DNA from: Vicugna vicugna
Lineage: Eukaryota
DNA: 64,000 nucleotides
Assembly: GCA_013265495.1 (NCBI GenBank)
Contig: MU058241.1
Span: 683,249-747,248 of the forward strand
Direction of reading: 5' to 3'
Numbering within the stretch: position 1 is the first letter of the stretch; each line of letters starts with the position of its first letter. A program made the translations under genes and the position numbers. Below are positions 53,351 through 64,000 of this stretch, piece by piece. A model generated the notes under the pieces. It was not told where the DNA came from, ran no database searches, and worked only from the letters and a program-made list of their open reading frames with translations.

Positions 53351-54604
53351 ATGTCTACATGCCATTGTGTTTTAAGCAAAAGACTGTCTAAAAGATAATT
53401 ACTTGAATAAATTCGTTTTCAGGAAGCATTTATATGTTTGCAATGGAATGCCACTTGTTCTATGCTGATTTTAAGTTCCATGCTATTGAAATGATCAACT
53501 CAATATGCCTTTGATCCTGTCTTGAATTTCAGGCAATGGACTGTTTTCCTAAAGGTGCAGACCTAACATGTCTGTCTAGAAAAGTCTGTCTTGTCCAGTG
53601 AAACTAAATTTCTGTGTTAAGTAAAACCCACAGATTTGAAAAGCCATTGCACAGACTGAGAGGAATTCAGATGCATACTTATGGTCTAGAAGTGGCTTTT
53701 ACAGAGGGAAAAAAAGGAAGATGGAAATTCATTACTGCTTAGAAAGTTAGACACTGTCCAAAGTAGGAAACAGATTCGCGTTTCAGGCTGACGTACCCCT
53801 TAAAGACGCATTTTGAACAATCAGCTCCAGTTATTAGCGCGATCCTCACCCTGGCTCGGATGCTTCCTAAACTAGCTGCAGTTAGAGCCCCGGGGGAGTC
53901 TTTACCACTGTTTTCCGGTCCCTTTAGGTCTGGAGTGAAGTGTGGACATCAGGGCTGTTTAAAGGGTCCCTGCGTAATTCTAATACGTGCCCACGCTGAG
54001 AACCTCCAGACCGTGAGGAGGTTCTGGATGATAAATGTTGTGAACATCCTGCTTGCAGAACTGAAGAGGCAGAAGTCCTGCGGAAGCATCACATTCTGAC
54101 TGAGCCAGAGCGACTGCAGCTTTCGCCCCCCCCACCTCATGCAGACCTGAGTGTGCAGGCAAATACAGCAGGTGGGGACGGGGGTGGCCCGTCCTACAGA
54201 CAGACGCCTCTCGTTCAGCCTTTTGGGTGCAACTGAGAGTTTACTGTGGGAAACACTGATAAAACATGGGGTTAGTCAAACAGACTTGTGGACATTCTTG
54301 TGTGTGTGTTAGCAGAAATGACGTCTCTTTCCTGACTGCTATGAAAGAGTGTTCAGAGAGACAGCTTATAGTGATTTAAATGCAGTCCAGGACAGTCCGT
54401 TAGAGCCGAGCAGTCGGGATGCTTCCAGCCCGAGTGTGCGCGATCCAAAACTGTGACTGACGCTGTCACCCCACGTATCTCCCCCCTCATCTCAGACAAC
54501 AGCCCATCCCATGCGGTTCGGTTCATGATGAATAATGGAAACCAGCCCTCATCTCTCCGTCAGGTGGACCTGTGTGGTACCGTGCTGGGTCGACTGTAAC
54601 ACCC

Positions 54605-54880
54605 CCACCCCCACCTCTCTGTATTTCACTAGGGAAACAGTTGAAAGAGTTAACCCCGCAGCTAACATCTGGAAGGCTGAATCACTGTGAAGCACTTGTG
54701 AGTGTGCTACCTCCATGGACTCACTCATTTCTACCACCATCCCGCGGGGCTGGCAGCATCTTCAAGCTGAGAAGTACGAGACAAATTGCTTAAGTCAACT
54801 GCCCAGAGCAGGTGCCTAGCGATGTCCAGAATCTGAAAGCAAACCCAGGCCACGGATGTCAGCACAGCATCCTTGCCATT
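54605..54880 (-). mobile_element. MIR remnants
   Basis: atttcactagggaaacag...ttgcttaagtcaactgcccagagcagg...agaatctgaaagcaaacccagg...ttaaccac. Confidence 0.45.
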
Positions 54881-57524
54881 AACCACCAAACTCTCCTGCC
54901 TGCCAGCCTGTCTTCCACAAACTCAAGTTACAAAAGGTGCCATCTAGTCTGTAAATAAGCAGTTTACATATGTACGCATAATTGATACACGTTTAAGAAT
55001 CCTTATGTATTACGTGTTTGTTAAATACTATGTATGTATGTATAACCTATTACACAGATGTGTGTGAATACTTCAGGATACTAAATGTGTATGATACTAA
55101 ATACATCTTTGTACATACAGATGTGGCTTGATATGTAGGGGGGTATCTGTATATTTTGTTTGTTTTGTTTTTTGAGCTACACTCGACCAGTTCCGAGGGA
55201 TGTCCTTCCAGCTTCCGACTGACTGTACCATGCAGCCAGCCAGAGAGCCCTGACTTCCGGGGTGGTCCACACTCTCAGCACAGAACGGAAGTCTCCTGCA
55301 AGATGCCCGAGATGTAACTGTCTCGCAGTTTGACCTGCGTTTGGCGACTGGTGTGCAGACTACAGAATATGGATAACCTTGAAGTTCTTTCACAAAATCT
55401 GTTCCTTTTTTCTCTCCTCCCTGCCTTATCCAGATAGCAGGGGAGAGTGTGTAACTGTTTTATTATTTACACAGAAAATCAGCGTTCCATTTCGGTTCTG
55501 AGTGAGTGTGGGAAACTTCGGGGGACACACTTCGGAGGACGTGGTAGACGACTCGAATAAAAGCGCTCCATTTATACAGTCACCAGTTACGTCCGCAGAG
55601 ATTCACGCTGGCGTTGGCAACTCTTTGCCAGTCAGATGGCAGATGTGGAAGTCTGGCCAGAGGTTTTCAGAGAAAGAAAAAGCAGCTACTTTTTGCAGCT
55701 TTGATGAGAAGGGAAGTTCCGGATGGTTTGGAATATGGTACAAATGGTGAGTTCTGTACTTTTGGCCCGGTCTCACGTTTCTCAGCACTCTCTGTCCACA
55801 AGGGGAAGATGCATTTATAGGGGCAGATGTTTCCCTATATTTTTCAATGTGTTTTAAACATTATTTGTATATAAGTGATTATTTGATAAACTGTACCAAA
55901 GATTAAACATAAATATCATGAGGTAATTATTTTCCTTAACTTAAAACACATTTAATGACTGAGCAGTAAGGGGAAGACCCAATATTACTTTTTGTCCACA
56001 TGAGGATAATTACGATTTTCTCCAGAGTAACTCCATGAGATGGTTTAAGATTTTGTAACGAAAGGTTGTACCAGTCCTCCGTTCACAGAGCGATCACGCA
56101 AGAGGGAACAGTTGCTAAAAGATGCTCCAGAATCTGCACAACCAGTGATGCAAAGCATTTCCGTGCTCTTGTTAGCATCAGATTCACTTTGAAGACTTTC
56201 TTCCTCTGACATGCCAGGGTGTGACTCGGTTCCAGGCATGGGGGGGGGTGCAGACGAGCTGTCACTCCTCTCCGGGCCGCACCATCTATCACCCTGTCCC
56301 CTGGCATCTCCCAGAGGCTCCCAGAGTGTTCCAGGCTGAAGCCCAGGCCAAATTCTGTCCGCGCGGCCGGAAAGGCACAGATGGGGCCCTGCAGCTGTGG
56401 TCCGAGAGCGGGCGTCAGGGCTCCACCACAGCGTGGACCAGATTCCCGGGGACCTTCATCCCCAGCCTTTACAGGTGCTGAACTGTCATTGGAGCAAATG
56501 CCGCTTCCTCAAGGAAGCCAAACCATCGGCATTTAGCAAGTTGCTGACAAGCTAGCACCTGTAAAGTGCAAAAGAAAGCACCGGGGGTGGGAGTTGCCCG
56601 GGGAGCAGAACCTCCATCCTGCCAGCGGACTTGGCAGTGCCGGCGGCCAAATGCAGCCCCGCTATGTGACAGGAGCTCAGCTGGAACCAGATCGCATGTA
56701 CAGCAGACGGCACGACCCAGGGCCTGGGACGTGTACTTTCTCGAGTTGGATGGCGAGCTCCGTGAAGTCTCCGGAAAGCCTTCAAGAGATGAGTCTTTGG
56801 CATGATTTTTTAAATTTTATTTTATTTTTACTGCCCCGAGAAGTCATGCCCTGCGGGCTGCTTTCTGCTGTGTTCTTGTTGTCTGTTCACATCGCCCCCC
56901 ACGGGACATTTGCGACTCGGCTGGAGGCTGTTCTCTTGATGTCTGTTCAGAATCCAAAGGCACGAAGCTTTAGTCCCAGAAACAAAAGCTGGGCTCCAGG
57001 GCTGGGAGGGGGCCTTCCAGTCAATCCTAGCATAAAAGGGGAGCGTTTAATCTGCGTCCACAGCAAGGCTTTGTCAACCTCAGGATGCCTGAACGGGGCG
57101 GGCTGGGGGCGCTGACCACCCTGCTCAGTAATGGGCCGTCACTGGGGCGGCGGTGGGAAACGTAGGTGGGGTATCTGCCTGCAAAGACGCAGGAATTCAG
57201 TCGGAAGTTCTAGCCCACTGGGCAACGCAGACAACGGGGCTGCCTGCAAGCCACACAGCAGCGACGCCCTCGGCCACCCGCGGAAAGTCTTCAGATGGGG
57301 CCTGGAGTCCCAACCAGGAATGACTCTCCAAGCCACACTTTCTTGAGGAAGCCAGAGTCTGTGTGTCATCATTGGCGTCTGCCCTTTATCATTCTGTCAG
57401 AAATGTGTACAGGTTGCTTCTTAACCTGCTTAAAAATCAGTGTTCTCCACCATCGCGTGGTTTTCTAGATTCTTCTGTGCAACAAATGGCTCGGAAGAAG
57501 AAAACTCGAGTTAGTCCTCTCTCT

Positions 57525-57976
57525 CCCTCTGTGTTTAACTGCTGCAGAGCATCTGGTGCTTGACACACCGTGAACTCCACTCAGAAACAGCCAACGTCCT
57601 TGCCTGGAGAGACCTGGAAAACTGAGGCGTGGGGCTAGCTCCGGGGGACCTGTTTTCCGGCCTTTTCCATCTCTGAGTGGCTCCCGCCTTCCTTGGCTGG
57701 ATGCTCCTTCCTGCCTGTCCAAAGCCAGGCATGAGAGGGGGCGTCCTTCTCACACCCTGAATTAGACTTCCTCGTCCACTTTTACGGGTCCTGGGATGAC
57801 GCTGGGCCCATCCAGGTGGTCCAGGGTGCCTTGCCCGTTGTCAAGGCGACTGATCAGCAACCTTAATTCCAGGTGCAGCCTTCAGCCCCCCTTGCTGTGT
57901 AACACATCACAGATTCCAGGCATTAGGAGGTGGGCACGTGCGAGGGGCCGGGGGAGGCGCTAATCTGCCTTCCACA
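57525..57976 (-). mobile_element. MLT1-type solo LTR (ERVL-MaLR)
   Basis: ccttccttggct...ctgatcagcaaccttaattcca...cccttgctgtgtaaca...cacagattccaggcattaggaggtgggcac...tctgccttccaca. Confidence 0.75.
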
Positions 57977-60320
57977 GCAGCTGGATACGTTCTCAGATGG
58001 AGATGTTCAGGTGGCAGACACACACATAAACGTGTACAGTGCCCGTCTCCTACTCCGTGCCGCTCAGCTACCCAGACTTGCTCACTGCTGACGGATTCTC
58101 GTGCATCCTTGTATCTTTTCGTCTATGATTTTACAGAACAAAATCTCCTTTTCTAATACAAAGTTCAAACCAGATGCATTATTCTTCAACCTGCCTTTCT
58201 CATCCATTAATATAGGCCTTGTTGAACTTTCCATGCCAATGCAAATCTTGTCCTAATTAGAATGTCACAGACTTGAATACCATAAAGGACGTAACCGTTT
58301 TCTATGGATGCAGTTTGAAGAATCACAGTTCTCCCCTTGAAGATGGGCTAGCTTTAGTGACTCATGTTTTAGGAACACAAGGAGGGGGAAAGTGACCATA
58401 AAAAATGAGTCTCAGATCTAGGTCGTAAAAGGGGACACGCCCTTGCTCTCTCTGTGTCTGTCTCTGTCTCTCTCACCTTGTTCCTGGAGCCCAGCGCCCA
58501 GCCTGTGCGGAAGCCCCAGCCACACAGACAGACCCCTCTGTTGTCTCAATGACCAGTCTTCCTCAACCGCCAGACACATGAGTGATAAAGCCTTCCGGAA
58601 GCATCCGTTCCCTGCTCAAGCAGGGTGAAATTCTTAGATACCTAATACATGTAAGAATTAAATGCATATAAGAATTCCTTATATCACAAGTGAATACAGC
58701 TACCTTTAGCTTCCCTGTCAGATATGGAGTAGCCTCGTGTCCAAAATACGGCGTTATTACAGGGAAGTCTTTGGGGCATTTTGGAAAATCTTGGTGCAGG
58801 ATGTTAAGAATTGTTTTGAGTCATTCATGGAAATTTCTTTGTTACACTTTACCAAGTACATCTTACAAAGAACACAAGAGCCCTCCTCTGAACCATAATG
58901 TAGTAACATCACAAAGTACAATGTGCCTGAAACGCCCAGGGTGGCGGTGCGGCCTGTCTCCCAGACCCCCTTTCCCAGCAAGCACAGGCAGGGGCTCCAA
59001 ACATTTTTCTGTTCACTTACACCTACTCGTAAAAATGTGTAAGCATTCATCTTCAACTTGTTGGTGTTTATTACTTTGCAAATTATTTGCCTGCATTCAT
59101 TGTACTTATATACTATTGACATTGTAAAACCAACACCGGATTAGAGAAAGGATGAGATTAACATCAAATTATAATGCAAAAATATTTTCCACATATTTTT
59201 ACATACAAATAATGCATATTCACTTTTATTCACATTAAAATATATACTAGCTTTAAGAACGTCCGGGATGGCTGACTTTTAATTACTTTGTTAATTGTAC
59301 TGTCTTAACATATGATTAGCGATGATCTCCAGGTGTAACACATACTCCAGGGAAGTTCATGGCTAAGAACAGTGTGTGTAAATACACATCTTCAATAATG
59401 CACTTTGTGATTTCAGATCCGGCAGGCGATTGCGTGTCTGATCTCACTCAGTGTTCACTGTGTTGACCCCATGGTACGGCTAATGAAATGCTTCCACCAG
59501 GGTCAGACAGGAGAACGGTCAGCTGTCCTCCTGTCTTGTTCTCTTGGACTAGAGACAGGCATAAATATTTCCAATCCACTGTTCCTTTACTGGAAAATTT
59601 TAAGCTAGAAGTCCATTCTGTGGGGGCTAGATTAGTTGAACCTGAATGAAAGAAGCTACAAATGTACTTAACATGTTAAGCAGACGCTGTAAGTTGGGAA
59701 GGAAGTAAAAGCCGGCTCTGGGCTCCTCCAAGCTGCACAAACTCCTGACTTGCCCTCAGGATAGGTCACGTTCCCAGGGCAGGACACAGCCCATCTGTCG
59801 CGCAACCAAGCGAGGACTCAGTACCAAGCCGACTGTTAGGAATCAGTACAACTTAGTCACCCTCTTAACTATTTCAGCAGAAATAAATACGAATGGAAGT
59901 CCTAGTACCTTCTTTCTACATCCATGTTGGCTGTCCTATGGACTTCACCCCACGCTGAAGACCGTCACATCAGACAACCAGCAGGGAGTGCAGCCAGACT
60001 GAGACTGTCTGTGGAATCACCCCAGGGGGAATTTTAAAAAGAAAAAGCCCTTTAGTATCCTGCAGTTAATTCTGTAGATGGGTGAGTCCTGTGGGAGAGG
60101 GACACTTTTTGAGGTACCGAGAAAGGGAAGGCCTTAAGGCAGCATCCATTTCCACAAATTACACCAGCTCTTCTGGTATCAGGACAAGAGTTGTCCAGGG
60201 CTGCCCATATTTGGTGACACAATCCTCCAGCTATTTCTCCAAGGAAAGAAGCTTTTGGGAAATGTTTATATGATGAATGAAGGAACCAGTGAATCATGAA
60301 GAGATAAAAAGGTTCCCCTG

Positions 60321-60424
60321 GGGCGGTGGGTACAGCTCGGTGGTAGAGTGTGTGCTTCGCATGCATGAGGTTCTGGGTTCAATCCCCAGTACCCACATTA
60401 AAAAAGAGTACTAATAAAGAGAAG
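60321..60424 (+). mobile_element. tRNA-derived SINE (camelid Vic-1-like)
   Basis: gggtacagctcggtggtagagtg (A box)...ctgggttcaatccccagtacc (B box) and an A-rich tail; flanked by a degenerate TSD aaaaaggttcccctg / aaaagttcctcctg. Confidence 0.9.
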
Positions 60425-61213
60425 AAAAGTTCCTCCTGAATTCTGACATAATCCGTACGGGGCATGCCATCTTTCAGGATGGCGGCCACCAGCATCTGCC
60501 ACAGGGAACGGAAGGGCGTCGTGCGGACTCTGTGCGAGTGGGCATCTGGGGCCTCCTTGATCTGGTACTGAAATCCCCCTTCATGGTGGTAAAACGTACT
60601 GTTATGTTCCAAAGCTCTGTTTCCTCCCTCATCTTTTTTCCTTTTCTTTTTAAACGTCTATCCTGAACTACGATGGAGTGCCTGCTCAAGATAAAAACTT
60701 TGAGATTGTTTAAGGGAACCCAATAAAGAATCAAGAACGTGGCCAACAACGCCCTTTCCTCCTGGGGCTCCGCGGCCTTCCCAGTGTGGAGCTGGTACCA
60801 TGTGTCCAGCAGCAGCTGGGGGGACTGATTCTCACTGTGGCCCAGGAGCCCCAGAGGAGGAGATGGAGGCCAAGAACAAAAATCATGCTAATTTGGAGGG
60901 AGACATGGGATGTTCCTGAGGTACTGCTCAAGATCAAGAGACACGCTTGATTTCGATGTAGAAAGTATTAGAACTTCCAATTTTAGTTATTTCTACATGA
61001 ACAGTTGAGAGAGTAGTTGAGATGTAGTGATTCCTAACAGTTGGCTTCAGAGAAAACTAATGAAGGCTGATTTTGAATGACCAAGACTGACTTCCCTCTC
61101 CCCATTCTTTTATTGTTCATAAAGTAGCTGAGAGATAGCACATATTCTTTAAAAACTAAATTTGCCAGAAGATTGTTTGGATCAACGCTGGGTAAAAATG
61201 GAGGGAGGGACAA

Positions 61214-61876
61214 AAGACTCAAAACAGACTTACACTATGATCCAACAATCCCACTCCTGGGCTTATATCCAGAGGGAACCTTAATTCAGAAAGACACCTG
61301 CAGCCCAAGGTTCACAGCAGCAGTATTTACAATAGCCAAGACATGGAAACAGCCTAAATATCTGTCGACAGATGACTGGGTAAAGAAGTTGTGGTATATT
61401 TTTATACAATGGAATACTACTCAGCCATAAGAAATGGTAAAATAATGCCATTTGCAGCAACATGGATGGCCCTGCAGATCATCATACTAAGTGAAGTAAG
61501 CCAGAAAGAGAAAGACAAATACCATATGATATCACTTATATATGGAATCTAAAAAAAAAAAAAAGACAAATGAACTCATTTATAAAACAGAAACAGATTC
61601 ACAGACATAGAAAACAAACTTATGGTTACCAGAGGGGAAGGGGATGGGAAGGGATAAACTGGGAGTTCGAGATCTGTAGATACTGACTCATATATATATA
61701 AGTAGATAAACAAGTTTATATAGTATAGCACAGGGAACTATATTCAGTATCTTGCAACAGTTTATGGTGAAAAAGAATACGAAAATGAATATACGTATGC
61801 TCTTATATGACTGAAGCATCGTGCTATACACCAGAAATCGACAAACATTGTAAACTGACTCTACCTCAATTAAAAA
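61214..61876 (+). mobile_element. 5'-truncated L1 3' end with a long target-site duplication
   Basis: Translates as [28 protein letters not shown]...AKTWKQPK, then 3' UTR and A-tail. TSD aaaaatggagggagggacaa (61194-61213) / aaaaatggaggaagggataa (61877-61896). Confidence 0.93.
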
Positions 61877-61981
61877 AAAAATGGAGGAAGGGATAATATT
61901 GGTTCTTGGGAAAACAAGCCCTTTCTCCATCAGTGGCATGTATTCAAGTGTAATTTGAATATTCCAGTAAGTTATTTTGAA

Positions 61982-62100
61982 TTTTTTTGGGGGGTGGTCA
62001 TTAGGTTTATTTATTTATTTTAATGGAGGGACGGGGGATTGAACCCAGGGCCTCATGGGTGCTAAGCACGCGCCTGCCACGGAGCTCGGCCCTCCCCCTC
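61982..62100 (-). mobile_element. tRNA-derived SINE (camelid Vic-1-like)
   Basis: attaggtttatttatttattttaatggagggacgggggattgaacccagggcctcatgggtgctaagcacgcgc...ccctcccc. Confidence 0.85.
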
Positions 62101-64000
62101 CCGTCGCTTACTCTGTATCCATTGTTCAGCACGAAAGGTAACAATAAAAAATCTTGATACCTGCTCTGACTGAAGAACTCAATGTGTTTCCTTTTTTATG
62201 GTAAAACCAAGGACAGTAAACTTCTTTGGACATGGCTGTTACGTGTAGAACAACTTGCCTTGAGTAGGAATAAATTCTAGGTACTCTTGCCCCACAGTGC
62301 TTTCCTGGTTAACTGTACTTGCTTTATTTTTGAAGCAATGATACCCAACAAAACACAAAGACTGACTCGTGTGCCAAGTGAATGGGTAGCCTTAGAAAAG
62401 CCCAGAAAACAACACCGCTCTCCTCAAGCTCTTATGAAAGGAGAATCCTGACCACTGGCTCTAGGCTCCTGCCAAATTTTGCTGAATTTCTCACAATAGC
62501 ATCCTAGCCAATTCCACTACACAGAACCACATTTGTGTCACCCCTCAACCCTCAGGAGCGCCTGCATTAGGACGACGTCTGTAGAGCCTTCCCGTTAGCT
62601 GGCACCGTCAGACAGCACGGTAACGGCCGGATGTGGAAACCGCTCCTGCCAGGCGGCGGACCCAAAGGGCTGCCGTCTGCGATGGACTGGGAGCCCTGCC
62701 TTGGAACGAAGCCTGCTATGTCAGTGGTTCCATCTTAAGCAATCCTCCTCAATCCAACACATCTTACTTAACCTCCATCAAGGGGTGTGTGCCACACCCG
62801 AAGATCCAGATCACCGTCCCAGTGCCCCGTGGATGGAAGCGCTTCGGTGTTCTGATGAGCTGTCCTCGACGACTTTAGTAAACTTCATCTTGTCTTGAAA
62901 CCCTTGCTGAAACAATAACTCTCATCCATCAAGTAAGTGAAACAGGAACAGTCAAAGGCGAAGTCTGGACATACTGGTAGAGTGAGACGTCTTCCTCAAG
63001 GGTCTTTCAAATCCTGATTTTGGCAGGCGTGACTTTTAGGTCTGCTTGTCTGTGAATATATTTTTCTTTTCATACTGAGAACATAAAGCTTGTTAATGCA
63101 TCTGAGCTCCGAGACAACAGCCTTCCGAAGTGCCCTGACGCTGTTGAGCACGTTGACGTGACCTCTGCTAGATGTCGGCAGAAACTGGCTGTGTCCCCCA
63201 AGCATTCTTAGACTCTAACAACATGTCTGCTACACAGATCATGTGGTTTCCATCCTTGATAGCAACACGAAACAGTAATTAATCAAATGAAGATCTCTCA
63301 GCCCATCTGTGTGCGAAGCTTAAACGTATAGTCTACGGGTGGTCATTTTTAAAGTTTTTGGTAAGAAACAGCATTATACATGTGATTCTAAGTGCAAAAA
63401 ATAATGTATCTGAAATCATTTGCACATCTTGGTTTTTATATCAAACAAAGGCATTTAAAAATTGTGTTATTGGAGTCTTAATTTATGTTTGTATTCTTTT
63501 TCTTTTCAAACCATGCTGATCTTTCAAAGCATACTGACAAAAGTCACAAAACGCACATGGAACCTTGTGACACCATCAAGTGTTGGGACGTCCTCTGCAG
63601 CCACAGAAAGGGCAGTATACCCACCTGGGCGTCCCGGCGTTACGTCATGTCTAGGGAGTATTTCAGGCAGAAGGAACTACTGTTTGGCGATTTTTAAAAA
63701 TAGTGGTTTAAAACATTTTTCATCTATTCATTTCATATTAGTTCCAGTTAAAGTTATTAAAACAATTGGTCAGAATTTTAACTGTTTGTGTGCACGTTCC
63801 TTTTATATGGACAGTAGTGGTCTGGAAGCATCAGGCTCCGTGAACACACAAAGTCCACAATGATATTTCAAGAAAACCCTTTGTGCACTCAAAGAATGTA
63901 ATCAATAAGATTCATGTTGAAGTAATTTTCAGAAAAAAAGAGAATAATAATATTCACCTCCTTGAGATATGTTGTAATGCTAAGAACTGAGAAAAGTCCT

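Noticed and set aside
60321..60400. tRNA-like sequence with A and B boxes
   Set aside because: It has an A-rich tail, a target-site duplication and several diverged copies in the window, so it is a SINE and not a tRNA gene.
53350..64000. Short ORFs downstream of ANOS1 as a possible neighbouring gene
   Set aside because: There is no recognisable protein similarity or consistent exon chain; the region reads as intergenic sequence with scattered repeats. A non-coding transcript cannot be excluded from sequence alone.

Overview
This is mammalian genomic DNA, most likely camelid judging by the tRNA-derived SINE and L1 types (recognised by eye, not searched). It contains the 3' part of ANOS1 (KAL1, anosmin-1) on the + strand. 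Ten coding exons (exons 5-14 by human numbering, 1592-43093) have canonical AG/GT junctions and compatible phases, and splice into one open frame encoding the four fibronectin type III domains and the His-rich C-terminus. A ~3.8 kb 3' UTR follows, then ~17 kb with no recognisable gene. The rest is ordinary mammalian repeat content (L1, L2, MIR, SINEs, MER DNA transposons, solo LTRs). I found no evidence of a wholly new biological system. The most notable features are: a ~1.28 kb intronic tandem duplication starting in a GC-box minisatellite; an L1 whose 5' UTR start is joined directly to the last third of ORF2; a young L1 with ~800 uninterrupted ORF2 codons whose stop was deleted; very high GC3 in some exons; a series of short two-copy duplications; and PUF-site and hairpin structure in the 3' UTR. 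Repeat family names and human comparisons are from memory, and repeat boundaries are approximate.
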